Part shown: positions 27,748-36,992 of the stretch, one piece after another
Numbering within the stretch: the stretch's first letter is position 1
How the letters are laid out: each line of letters starts with the position of its first letter
DNA from: Gemmatimonadota bacterium
GTDB lineage: Bacteria; Gemmatimonadota; Gemmatimonadetes; Gemmatimonadales; GWC2-71-9
Direction: 5' to 3'
Assembly (NCBI GenBank): GCA_046733215.1
Contig: JBKPOS010000010.1
Coordinates: 1 to 59,824, forward strand
DNA: 59,824 bases
The notes under the pieces: generated by a model
Seen by the model: only the letters and a program-made list of their open reading frames with translations
What the model was told of the DNA's origin: nothing
Database searches by the model: none
Translations under genes and position numbers: made by a program

Positions 27748-28797
27748 TCAGATAATTACCATGGCGTCGCCGTACGAATAGAACCGATAACGCCGCTCGA
27801 TGGCATGGCGGTATGCCGCTCGCATCGCCTCGTGACCCGCGAACGCGCTGACCAGCATCAATAACGTCGATCTCGGTAAGTGGAAGTTGGTGATGAGCCG
27901 GTCGACAATCTTGAATCGGTAGCCAGGCAGAATGAGCAGGGAGGTCTCTCCCGCGCCGGCTCTCACCACGCCGTCCGCAGACGCTGCACTTTCCAGCGCG
28001 CGAACTACGGTGCTTCCGACCGCCCAGATCCGCCCTCCCAGCCGGCGGACCTCTTTCGTCAATGCCGCCAGCCGATCCGGGATTTCGAATCGTTCGGTCT
28101 GCATGGCATGGTCTTCGATCCGCTCGGTCTCTACCGGCTTGAAGGTGCCTGACCCGACCTCCAAATCGAGACCAGCGATCACCACGCCCCGCGCCGACAA
28201 CGCATCGAGCAACTGATTGGTGAAATGCAGGCCGGCCGTGGGCGCCGCCACGCTGCCTTCCCGTTTGGCATACACGGTTTGATAGCGGCTGGCGTCGATT
28301 GGCCCAGGCTCGCGGGAGATGTAGGGCGGAAGCGGCAGCCGACCGCGCCGTTGCATGATCTCCTCGGCGGTCGCTCCGACAACCTGCACACGCCGATGGC
28401 CGTCCGGCAGAACCTCGAGGGTGTCGACCCACACGCCCGGCTCGAGCTCCACCCGCTTACCGGGCTCGAGGGCACTGCCGGGCTTGCCCAGCGCCAGCCA
28501 GCCACCCTGCGAGGCCGGCCGAATCAGCAGCACCTCGGCCGCGGCACCTGACGGCCGGCGACCAATGAGTCGCGCTGGGCGGACCCGCGTAGTGTTGAGC
28601 ACGAGCAGATCGCCGGCGGGAATGAGCGTCAGCAGATCGCTGAAGATCAGGTCTTCCAGCATCTGGCCGGTCGGCTCGCATTCACGAGCGACCAGGAGCA
28701 GGCGACTGGCCGTCCGCTCTTCAATTGGAGTTTGAGCAATCAGTTCGGGCGGCAGCTCGTAATCGAAGTCGGACGCCGTGTATTGCCGTTCGGTCAA
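27748..28797 (-). CDS. queA: S-adenosylmethionine:tRNA ribosyltransferase-isomerase
   Basis: [54 protein letters not shown] start overlaps the ruvB stop. Confidence 0.97.
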   Translation of the reverse strand: MTERQYTASDFDYELPPELIAQTPIEERTASRLLLVARECEPTGQMLEDLIFSDLLTLIPAGDLLVLNTTRVRPARLIGRRPSGAAAEVLLIRPASQGGWLALGKPGSALEPGKRVELEPGVWVDTLEVLPDGHRRVQVVGATAEEIMQRRGRLPLPPYISREPGPIDASRYQTVYAKREGSVAAPTAGLHFTNQLLDALSARGVVIAGLDLEVGSGTFKPVETERIEDHAMQTERFEIPDRLAALTKEVRRLGGRIWAVGSTVVRALESAASADGVVRAGAGETSLLILPGYRFKIVDRLITNFHLPRSTLLMLVSAFAGHEAMRAAYRHAIERRYRFYSYGDAMVII

Positions 28798-29813
28798 AAG
28801 AGCGCGGCCTGAGTCGAGGGTGGCGCGATCCCGAATCGCCGATAAGCGTGAGCCGTGGCGCAACGGCCGCGGAGCGTCCGCTCCAGGAATCCCTGCTGGA
28901 TCAGGAAGGGTTCGTACACTTCTTCCAACGTGCCGGCGTCTTCGCCCACGGCTACGGCTACCGTGTTGAGGCCCACCGGCCCGCCTCCGAACTTCTCGAT
29001 GATGGTGAGGAGGATCCGCGCGTCCATGTCGTCCAATCCAAACTCGTCCACGTTGAGTCGGCTCAGCGCATCGTTCGATACCGCCCCAGTGATGACGCCG
29101 CCGGCGCGGACTTGCGCGTAGTCACGCACGCGCCGTAAGAGCCGATTCGCGACTCTAGGGGTGCCTCGACTGCGACGGGCGATCTCGAGTGTCCCTTCCT
29201 CGTCTATGGGAACCTTGAGGATGTGCGCGGAGCGAGTGACTATGGTCCGCAGGTCCTCTGGAGGGTAGAAACCCAAGCGTTCCACAATCCCGAAACGCGC
29301 CCGCATCGGCGGCGTGAGCTGCCCGAATCGGGTTGTCGCGCCGATCAGGGTGAAGCGCTCGAGACTCATGGGGATGGTTTGAGCATGGGGACCGTCGGCG
29401 ATCCGGACGTCCACCCGGAAGTCCTCCATTGCCGAGTAGAGGTATTCCTCCAGCGCTGGACGTAGGCGATGGATCTCGTCGATGAAGAGCATGTCACCGG
29501 TCTGCAAGCCCGTGAGTAAGCCCACCAGGTCGCCGGGCTTCTCCAGCACCGGCCCCGACGTCGTCCGGAGCTGCACCCCCATCTCGCGCGCCATTAGCAT
29601 CGCCAGCGTCGTCTTACCCAGTCCTGGCGGGCCAAAAAACAGGATATGGTCGAGCGTCTCTTTGCGCGCCCGAGCAGCCTCGACTGCTATCTGAAGTGAG
29701 GCTTTGACCTGCGCCTGACCGACGAACTCGTCCAGCCGCGACGGCCGAAGCGCCGCATCGGCGGCGGGCTCATCGGGAAGAGCAGCGGGAGTGGTGATTT
29801 GAAGTTGGGCCAT
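28794..29813 (-). CDS. ruvB: Holliday junction branch migration ATPase RuvB
   Basis: [46 protein letters not shown]. Confidence 0.98.
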   Translation of the reverse strand: MAQLQITTPAALPDEPAADAALRPSRLDEFVGQAQVKASLQIAVEAARARKETLDHILFFGPPGLGKTTLAMLMAREMGVQLRTTSGPVLEKPGDLVGLLTGLQTGDMLFIDEIHRLRPALEEYLYSAMEDFRVDVRIADGPHAQTIPMSLERFTLIGATTRFGQLTPPMRARFGIVERLGFYPPEDLRTIVTRSAHILKVPIDEEGTLEIARRSRGTPRVANRLLRRVRDYAQVRAGGVITGAVSNDALSRLNVDEFGLDDMDARILLTIIEKFGGGPVGLNTVAVAVGEDAGTLEEVYEPFLIQQGFLERTLRGRCATAHAYRRFGIAPPSTQAALF

Positions 29814-29826
29814 TGGACCTCGACTG

Positions 29827-29901
29827 CGTGAACGGTAAACGGTGAACGGTGAACGGGGCACTGCGTGCGGCGGATTCCCCCGTTTACCGCTTACCGTTCA
29901 C
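29827..29901. repeat. Inverted heptamer arrays (GGTRAAC)x4 / (CGTTYAC)-like x3
   Basis: 29827-29858 is complementary to 29877-29901; overlaps the 3' end of the Zn-ribbon ORF. Confidence 0.85.
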
Positions 29902-30066
29902 AGCGGTCCATCGCACAATCGGGCGGTCGCCGGGTTCGAGGTCCTGCACCGCGCCACAGTGGTTGCAGCGGTCTGTGGTTCGTGCGGTGCCCAGGGGAAC
30001 CAGCTTGCGGTTCGTGGTGCCGCAGCGAGGGCAATTCCATTCGGCGGTCACTGCCGGCAAGGTCAT
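29884..30066 (-). CDS. Small zinc-ribbon protein (2 x CxxC)
   Basis: [10 protein letters not shown]...DRCNHCG; GGAGG RBS; co-oriented between ruvA and ruvB. Confidence 0.7.
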   Translation of the reverse strand: MTLPAVTAEWNCPRCGTTNRKLVPLGTARTTDRCNHCGAVQDLEPGDRPIVRWTAVNGKR

Positions 30067-30097
30067 CGGGCGCGGCCTCCACCAGTCTGTTTCATTC

Positions 30098-30691
30098 TCA
30101 TTTGCTGGCGCCGGTCAATGCTGCCAGTGCCCGTCGAACGACGGCTGCCGTACCGCCAGTCGCACCGTTTGCGACTACGCTTCGCACGGCGTCTTCGGCC
30201 GCAGCCGGGGCATATCCCAACGCAAGCAAGGCGCGCACCGCCTGTTCCGAACCGGTGGGCGGCTGCTCGGGCGGGGCGACCGACAAGTCGTCGAAGCGGT
30301 CCCGGAGCTCCAGCACGAGTCGCTCGGCCTTTTTTCGGCCAATACCGCTGACCGTGCTGAGTGCCGCAATATCTCGATCGCGAATACTGCGGACAGTGCG
30401 ATCCGGGCCTAGCGCCGACAACACGGCCAGGGCGAGCTTCGGACCGAAGCCGCTCGCGCCGAGCAACCGCTGGAAGATTACTCGGTCGGTTGGTCGATCG
30501 AATCCGAACAGGGCCCACCCGTCTTCGCGGACGACCAACTCGGTGTACAAGTTGACGCGAGCGCCGCGCGGAGGCAGCCGTTCGAAAACGCCGAGCGGGA
30601 CCGTCACGGCATAGCCGACACCACCATCGGTCTGCACCACGACCGTCTCGCCCTCGCGATCTGCAAGGACGCCGGTGATGCTCGCTATCAT
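30098..30691 (-). CDS. ruvA: Holliday junction branch migration protein RuvA
   Basis: MIASITG, GGVGY, VVRED..LFGF, GFGPKLAL, GIGRKKAERL, ALLALGY. Confidence 0.97.
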   Translation of the reverse strand: MIASITGVLADREGETVVVQTDGGVGYAVTVPLGVFERLPPRGARVNLYTELVVREDGWALFGFDRPTDRVIFQRLLGASGFGPKLALAVLSALGPDRTVRSIRDRDIAALSTVSGIGRKKAERLVLELRDRFDDLSVAPPEQPPTGSEQAVRALLALGYAPAAAEDAVRSVVANGATGGTAAVVRRALAALTGASK

Positions 30692-31197
30692 CTCGCGCCC
30701 CAAAGCGCGCGCCCTCCGGGGGGTCGACCCGCCCGGACCAGGTGCGTCAGTGCGATCGCGACGCCATCGGCCGCGTCCGCCGGCGCCGGCGCCTCACGCA
30801 GGCGAAGCAGCTGCGCCACCATGTAACCCACCTGAGGTTTGAGGGCTGCGCCGCGCCCGACCACGGTCTTCTTTACCATGGCGGGGGTATACTCGGTGAC
30901 CGGCACGCCGGCCTCCTCTGCCGCTAGCAACACTACACCGCGCGCATGGCTCATGACCATAGTCGTGCGCGCGTTGCGGGCATAGAACACGCTCTCGACC
31001 GCCACCATGTCGGGTCGATGGCGAGCAAGCAGGGCGGCGATGCCGTCATGGATGATGCGCAAACGGGAAGGGAGCGAGTCGCGAGGGCGGGTGGTCAGGA
31101 TGCCGCACTCGACCAGCCGGGCGGAGCGGCCGGCAACCGACTCCACCACCCCGAAGCCGAGGACGGCGGTGCCGGGGTCGATGCCGAGCACCTTCAT
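30688..31197 (-). CDS. ruvC: Crossover junction endodeoxyribonuclease RuvC
   Basis: LGIDPG, AVESVF, ARGV, DAADGVAIA. Confidence 0.96.
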   Translation of the reverse strand: MKVLGIDPGTAVLGFGVVESVAGRSARLVECGILTTRPRDSLPSRLRIIHDGIAALLARHRPDMVAVESVFYARNARTTMVMSHARGVVLLAAEEAGVPVTEYTPAMVKKTVVGRGAALKPQVGYMVAQLLRLREAPAPADAADGVAIALTHLVRAGRPPGGRALWGAR

Positions 31198-31210
31198 GCG
31201 GCCGGCCGGA

Positions 31211-31960
31211 TCAGGCCTCTGCCTCAGCCAGCTGTGCCGCGTCGATGTCGAAGTTCGAGAAAACCTTTGAGACGTCTTCCAGTTCCTCGAGGCTCTCGAC
31301 CAGCTTGAGGATCTTTTCGGCGTCGGGCCCTTCCACCTTCACCGTGTTCTTGGGCACCATGGCAAGCTCCGCCGATTCGATGGCCATCCCACGGCTCCGG
31401 AGCGCATCCTGAACGGCATGAAAGGCGCCCGGTGTCGTCGTCACGATGTATTGCTCGCCATCTCGGCTGAAATCCTCGGCCCCGGCGTCGAGCGCTGCCT
31501 CGAGCGTGGTGTCCTCGTCCAGCTTGCCGGCATCCAGGTAGACCTGCCCCTTGCGCTCGAACATCCACGCGACTGAGTTCGACGCGCCGAGATTTCCGCC
31601 GTTGCGGCTGAACGCATGGCGTATTTCCGCCACCGTTCGGTTCGCGTTGTCGGTCGTGGCCTCGATGAAAATTGCGGCGCCTCCGGGCCCGTAGCCCTCG
31701 TAAGTGAGCTCCTCGAACGCGGCGCCGTCGAGCTCGCCGGTGCCCTTCTTTACGGCCCGCTCGATGTTCTCCTTGGGCATGTTGACGGCCCGAGCCGAGT
31801 CGATCGCGAGTCGCAGACGAGGATTGCCGTTGGGATCGCCACCGCCCGCCTTCGCCGCGACGGTGATTTCCCGGATGATCTTGGTCCAGGCCGAAGCCCG
31901 GCGCGCATCGGTCACCGCCTTTTTCCGTTTGATCTGCTTCCATTTGCTGTGTCCAGCCAT
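31211..31960 (-). CDS. yebC: YebC/PmpR family protein
   Basis: MAGHSKWKQIKRKK, GGGDPNGNPRLR, YEGYGPGG. Confidence 0.97.
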   Translation of the reverse strand: MAGHSKWKQIKRKKAVTDARRASAWTKIIREITVAAKAGGGDPNGNPRLRLAIDSARAVNMPKENIERAVKKGTGELDGAAFEELTYEGYGPGGAAIFIEATTDNANRTVAEIRHAFSRNGGNLGASNSVAWMFERKGQVYLDAGKLDEDTTLEAALDAGAEDFSRDGEQYIVTTTPGAFHAVQDALRSRGMAIESAELAMVPKNTVKVEGPDAEKILKLVESLEELEDVSKVFSNFDIDAAQLAEAEA

Positions 31961-32008
31961 CACCGAACTCCTTGCGGCTCCCGAAGTTGCACAAACATAA
32001 GCCGCGGT

Positions 32009-32884
32009 TCAGTCGCGGTCCAGCAGGTCTTCGAAACGAAGCCACTTCTGATGGAAGAAGAGATCTACGAATCCGGTTGGCCCGTTCCGATTCTTGAGCA
32101 GCATGAGCTCGGTGGCGCCTTCAACGCCGTGGCCCGGCCGATACATCTCCTCGCGATAGAGCGCGAGCACGATGTCGGCGTGTTGCTTGACCGCACCGCG
32201 CGCGCCCAGGTCATCGAGCGACGGTCTCGGATCGGGCCGCTCACGCCGATGGCCCGGCAGCTGAGCCAGGACCACCAGCGCCACATTCGACCGAACCGCG
32301 AGAGATTTGAGCCAACGCATCGCGACGGCCGTGCGCTCGTCTTGCCGAGGAGCGACCCCGGTGGGTTGAAGGAGCTGGAGGTAGTCGAGGACGACCAGTC
32401 CTCGGCGGGGAATCCCCTCGAGAGCGGCTTCGATTTCACCGAACCCGGGCTCGAGCAGCGCTGCGAGGCGGAGCGGCAGATCGCGCTGGACCACCGCCGC
32501 CGCCGCCACTGCAGCGCGGCTGGATTCGTTGAGCCGACCCTGTCGCAACTCATCGATCGACACGCGGCCTTCCATGGCAAGGGCACGCTCGCGCAGACGC
32601 TCCTCACCCATCTCCCCTGAAATCACCAGGGTCGGCGTGCCAAGCCGCGCCGCGCGCAAGGCGAGACCGAGCCCGAAAGCCGATTTCCCGCTGCCGACGT
32701 CGCCACAGAGCACGATCAGGTCCTGGCGACGGAAGCCGCTGCCCAACGTCCGATCGAGGGAAGGGAAGCCTGACGCCACGGTATCCGGCGACGGGTTACC
32801 CGCACCGGCGGTGTCGATCCGAGCCACCAGCGCTTCGAGCGGCGTCGCGGGACGCCGTCTCCCAGGCCGACGTAGCTCACTCAC
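32009..32884 (-). CDS. DnaB-like helicase C-terminal (RecA-fold) domain-only protein
   Basis: SGFPSLD, GSGKS, SGEM, LDYLQL, LAQL, QHADIVLALYREE, KNRNGPTG; no N-terminal DnaB domain. Start GTG 32884 inferred. Confidence 0.85.
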   Translation of the reverse strand: MSELRRPGRRRPATPLEALVARIDTAGAGNPSPDTVASGFPSLDRTLGSGFRRQDLIVLCGDVGSGKSAFGLGLALRAARLGTPTLVISGEMGEERLRERALAMEGRVSIDELRQGRLNESSRAAVAAAAVVQRDLPLRLAALLEPGFGEIEAALEGIPRRGLVVLDYLQLLQPTGVAPRQDERTAVAMRWLKSLAVRSNVALVVLAQLPGHRRERPDPRPSLDDLGARGAVKQHADIVLALYREEMYRPGHGVEGATELMLLKNRNGPTGFVDLFFHQKWLRFEDLLDRD

Positions 32885-33248
32885 AGCGGAGCGCAGTTCG
32901 AGCTGCCCGGGCGGCCAGTGCCAATGCATCTCCCGCATCTGGTCCAGCGCCTTCACGTGCCGGCGCCACCAGTTGGCTCAGAGCCTGAGCTGCCGCAAGC
33001 TGGTTGCCGCGTTCCAGTTCCCCCAACGCCGCGGTGAGCGCCCGTTTGAGCGGTGGTGGAAGGGTCAGGCTCGAAACCCGGTGCCCCAGCGCGGCAACTC
33101 GCTTCCGATGGGCTCGGTCGGGCGGCGCGGGGTCGGCAAACAGATCCTGGGCGACGCGCACGGTAAGCCAGAGAGCAAACACGCCGTCGCGCCGGGGTCC
33201 GCGAGAAGCCCGGGGCAGCAGCATCAGGAGCGGTGCAGCCCAGCTCAC
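32877..33248 (-). CDS. Hypothetical helical protein
   Basis: GTG overlaps the GT9 stop; end overlaps the DnaB-like start; GVFALWLTVRVAQD. Confidence 0.55.
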   Translation of the reverse strand: MSWAAPLLMLLPRASRGPRRDGVFALWLTVRVAQDLFADPAPPDRAHRKRVAALGHRVSSLTLPPPLKRALTAALGELERGNQLAAAQALSQLVAPAREGAGPDAGDALALAARAARTALRCE

Positions 33249-34270
33249 GTGAGCGCCCGACAGAGGGCGGTGTATACGGCGTCCGGCTGAATCTCTTGCA
33301 GGCACAAGTGGTGGCCGAGCGGACATTCGGCGCCGCCACCGACACGGCATGGGCGGCACGACAGGTTGCGCTCCAGCACGAAGGCCCGGCTCGAGTTGTA
33401 CGGGTGATAGCCGAACGCTCGGACCGTTGGCCCGAACAGCGCCACAAGAGGCGTTCCCACCGCCGAAGCAATGTGCATCGCTCCGGTGTGTCCGGTGACG
33501 AGCGCAGCGGATCGCTTGAGCAGGGCCCCGGTTCCCTGGAGCGACAGCACGCCGGCAGCGTTCACCGCTCGCGCGCTGCTCCGTGCGGCGACCTCGGCCG
33601 CGAGCATGGTGTCATCCGGCCCGCCGACCATGACGGCATCGGCTCCGGTCGCGACCACTCGGCGGACCAGCTTGATCCAGTATTCCAGTGGCCAGCGCTT
33701 GGTTGCCACTGATGCGCCCGGAGCGAACGCGACGAACGGCCGCTGGATCCCGACGTTCGCCTGGGCGAGCCATGCCTCGGTTTGGTGTTCGATTTCCGGA
33801 TTGAGAAAGAACTCCGGTGGCCCGCCGTCAGGCGCGATGTCGAGGTCACGAGCGGCATCGAAGTAGCGCTCGGCGACAGTGACGTCTTCCGGATAATGAT
33901 TGCGTTTGGTGCGAACGAGGATCTGTCGCGCCAGACGGTACTGCGGAGCTGAGCGCCACCGTCCCGGGACGAGAACCCGTAGTAGCCAGCTTGCCGGGCT
34001 GTTCTCCAGATCGAGGAAATAGTTGAAGCGGGTGGCGCGAAGGCGGCTGGCAACCCGAAGCAGTGAGTCCCCCGGTGCGAGCCCCACTACGTCATCGACA
34101 CGCGGATTGTCGGCCAGCAGGGGCGCGTAGCGGCGGCGGGTGAGAACCGTCAGCCTAACTTGCGGATGCCGTTCGCGGATGACCCGGAACAGCGGTGTCG
34201 TCAGCAGCACGTCTCCCAGCGAGCCCAGCCGCACCGCGAGTATGTGGGGAGAGACAACTATCAGGTTCAC
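33245..34270 (-). CDS. Glycosyltransferase family 9 (LPS heptosyltransferase-like)
   Basis: RLGSLGDVLLTTP, PGASVATKRWP, TGAMHIASAVGTP.VALFGPT, CRPC. Confidence 0.92.
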   Translation of the reverse strand: MNLIVVSPHILAVRLGSLGDVLLTTPLFRVIRERHPQVRLTVLTRRRYAPLLADNPRVDDVVGLAPGDSLLRVASRLRATRFNYFLDLENSPASWLLRVLVPGRWRSAPQYRLARQILVRTKRNHYPEDVTVAERYFDAARDLDIAPDGGPPEFFLNPEIEHQTEAWLAQANVGIQRPFVAFAPGASVATKRWPLEYWIKLVRRVVATGADAVMVGGPDDTMLAAEVAARSSARAVNAAGVLSLQGTGALLKRSAALVTGHTGAMHIASAVGTPLVALFGPTVRAFGYHPYNSSRAFVLERNLSCRPCRVGGGAECPLGHHLCLQEIQPDAVYTALCRALT

Positions 34271-34365
34271 TTGGGGAATGTACGGACCGCCCGGGAGTGG
34301 TGCCAGCGGCCAAGTGCTTTGGCTGCCGCGTTGTGCACCTTTCTCCGCTGCCCTACTTTTCGGCC

Positions 34366-35931
34366 ATGGCGCGTCCCAGGAGCATCCTCTGGGTGGACGA
34401 CGAGGTCGAGAGCCTCACGTCCCACATTCTTTTCTTGCAGGAGCAGGGCTTCGCGGTCGAGACCGCCACTCACGGTGACGACGCGATCGTGCTGCTGCAA
34501 CGCCAGAACTACGGGGTGGTGCTGCTGGATGAGCAGATGCCCGGCCGCAGGGGGCTCGAGCTGTTCCATTCGATCCGCGCCATGGACAACGCCCTGCCCG
34601 TCGTGATGGTCACCAAGAGTGAAGAGCCGGACACGCTGCGCGACGCGATCGGCGCGGAGGTTTCCGACTACCTGACCAAACCGGTCAATCCTCGTCAAAT
34701 CCTTTCGGTCGTCACCCGCTTGCTCGAAGGCGATCGCATCCGTCAGCAGCGGCTCTCCCGTGACTTCACCACTCGCTTCCGCGAGCTCGAGTCGCGTCGA
34801 CACGCACCGATGGCGTGGCGCGAGTGGGTGGAGCTCGTCGTGGAGCTGGCCGAATGGGAAGTGCGGCTGGGCGAGGCGGACGAACCCGGCTTGCAGGACG
34901 CGCTGCAGACGCTTCAGGACAGTATCCGGGAGGATTTTGCCGGTTACCTCAGGAAGCATTACGCCAGCTGGCTGCACGACCCGCGCATCGACCGGCCGCC
35001 GCTCTCGGTGGATATCGGCGCGGAATTTCTGCGTCCGCTACTCGACAGCCACCGACGTGCCATGCTGGTGGTGGTGGACTGTCTTCGCCTGGATCAGTGG
35101 GCGATGCTCCGCCCAATCATTGCCCGGCGCTTCGATGTCGAGAGCGCGCACTACTTCTCCATCCTGCCCACCGCCACACCGTTTGCCCGGAATTCGATCT
35201 TCAGCGGGCTGTTCCCGGCCGAGATCGCGGCCCGGTATCCCCGCTGGTGGGTGGAGCAGGATGAAGCCAGCCTGAATGCCCACGAGGCGGAGCTTTTGGT
35301 GGAGCAGCTGCGCGAAGTGTGCGGCCGCAACGTGCCGGTGCGCTATGAAAAGGTCTTCACCTCGTCCGATGGCGAGAGCCTGCTCAAGCGTTTGCCTGGA
35401 CATCTGGCCCAGGACGGCGTCACGGCGCTCGTCTTCAATTTCATCGACCAGCTGACGCACGGACGAACCGAGAACCTGACGCTCTATGAAGTCGCCCGCG
35501 ATGCCTCATCGTTGCGAAGCCTGACGCGGACCTGGTTCGAGCGCTCCCCACTGTGGGACGCGCTCAGGGAAGCGGAACGGCGCGGCGTCCCAGTCCTGCT
35601 CACCACCGACCACGGCTCTATCCACTGCCATACCCCGGCGACGGTGTACGCAAAGCGCGACACCACGTCGAACCTGCGCTACAAATTCGGCGACGATCTG
35701 AAGGCTCAGGACCCGGAGGCTGCCCTCATCGTGGAGGACCTGCCCAGCTTTGGCCTTCCCGCCCGAGCGCCGGGGACTCGGCTCTTGCTTGCCACGGGTG
35801 ACCGGTTCTTCGTGTATCCCACCAAGCTTCGCGAGTACCAGGCCAGATATCGCGGCGCTTTTCTCCACGGCGGTGTTTCCCCGGAGGAAGTCGTGCTGCC
35901 TATCGCATTGCTGACGCCGAGGCGCGGGTAG
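34366..35931 (+). CDS. PorX-like response regulator with PglZ/alkaline-phosphatase domain
   Basis: ILWVDDE, LLDEQMPG, MVTKSEE; VDCLRLDQW, SILPTATPFARNSIFSG, TTDHG, HGGVSPEE. Confidence 0.9.
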   Translation: MARPRSILWVDDEVESLTSHILFLQEQGFAVETATHGDDAIVLLQRQNYGVVLLDEQMPGRRGLELFHSIRAMDNALPVVMVTKSEEPDTLRDAIGAEVSDYLTKPVNPRQILSVVTRLLEGDRIRQQRLSRDFTTRFRELESRRHAPMAWREWVELVVELAEWEVRLGEADEPGLQDALQTLQDSIREDFAGYLRKHYASWLHDPRIDRPPLSVDIGAEFLRPLLDSHRRAMLVVVDCLRLDQWAMLRPIIARRFDVESAHYFSILPTATPFARNSIFSGLFPAEIAARYPRWWVEQDEASLNAHEAELLVEQLREVCGRNVPVRYEKVFTSSDGESLLKRLPGHLAQDGVTALVFNFIDQLTHGRTENLTLYEVARDASSLRSLTRTWFERSPLWDALREAERRGVPVLLTTDHGSIHCHTPATVYAKRDTTSNLRYKFGDDLKAQDPEAALIVEDLPSFGLPARAPGTRLLLATGDRFFVYPTKLREYQARYRGAFLHGGVSPEEVVLPIALLTPRRG

Positions 35932-36971
35932 TGACGCCCAGCTTCAACGCCCGGGTGCTCCTGGTCGCCGCCGCCGGCGCCGACTGCTTCCCTCACGCTC
36001 CGCTCCACCGTCGCGCGCTCGAACGGCTGGGATGCGAGGTCGAGTTGATCGACCTGGACTATGGGCACGGCTGGGGTCGGTTGCTGGGTTTGCCCACGCT
36101 GGCCCCACGCCTGCGGCGAGCGCTGGCCCGGCAGGAACCGGAGCTGGTGGTGGTCCTGGACGAGCTCCCCCTCCAGGCGGACGTGATCGCGGCTCTGCGC
36201 CGCGTTTCGGGCGCGCGTTGGGCGCTCTGGGCCACCGGAGAAACGCCGCCGTCCCGGCGGCACCGCTTGAAGCAGGTGAGTTCCTGTTTTGACGCCCTCT
36301 TCGTTGCGTCGACAGGTGCCCGGATCGATCTCGGCTCGAACGGGGGCCCGCCCGTTATCTACCTGCCCGATGGATGCGATCCGTCGGTCTGCCGACCCAT
36401 GCGCTCGCGGGACCAGTTCCGGGCCAACGTCGTGTTCGCGGGCCGGGCGACGCCGCATCGCGAGCGGTTGCTCGCGGGGCTGGCGGAATTCGGTCTCGCT
36501 GTTTGGGGGCCCGGCTGGCGACGGACTCAGCTCCGCGATTATTGCCGCGGTGAGCGCCTCGGAATAGGTGATTACGTTCGGGCTTATGCCGGCGCTACGG
36601 TCGCGATGAACCTGCATCGGGAAGACCCGGCCATGGCAGGCGAAGGCTGCAACCGGCGCCTCTTCGAAATCGCGGCCATCGGCGTGCCCCAGGTGGCCGA
36701 GCAGTGCGCCGACCTAGCGCTGCACTTCATCCCTGATCGGGAGGTAATGGTAGGAAGGGACGAGCGGGAGCTGAAAGAATTGGTCCGGGCCTCGCTTCAC
36801 GACGGGACAACCGCCGAGGCTGTCGCGGCCGCCGGCCGGCGCCGTGCTCTTACGGAACACACGTTGATGCATCGGTTGGCAGTTTTGCTCCAGGTAGTGC
36901 GCGGTGTACGGGACCGCCAGCCGATGGTTATCGAAACCCCGGCAACTTCACTCTATACGCTGCAGCGCTGA
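35931..36971 (+). CDS. Glycosyltransferase, CgeB/Glyco_trans_1_2-like
   Basis: VVFAG..TPHRE, VWGPGW, MNLH, NRRLFEIAAIG, EHTLMHR. Confidence 0.8.
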   Translation: MTPSFNARVLLVAAAGADCFPHAPLHRRALERLGCEVELIDLDYGHGWGRLLGLPTLAPRLRRALARQEPELVVVLDELPLQADVIAALRRVSGARWALWATGETPPSRRHRLKQVSSCFDALFVASTGARIDLGSNGGPPVIYLPDGCDPSVCRPMRSRDQFRANVVFAGRATPHRERLLAGLAEFGLAVWGPGWRRTQLRDYCRGERLGIGDYVRAYAGATVAMNLHREDPAMAGEGCNRRLFEIAAIGVPQVAEQCADLALHFIPDREVMVGRDERELKELVRASLHDGTTAEAVAAAGRRRALTEHTLMHRLAVLLQVVRGVRDRQPMVIETPATSLYTLQR

Positions 36972-36992
36972 CGGCTCGACTCGCCATCCCTC

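Noticed and set aside
34366..35931. PglZ domain as a BREX defence system
   Set aside because: It is fused to a receiver domain (PorX architecture) and no brxA/B/C/L or pglX genes are nearby.
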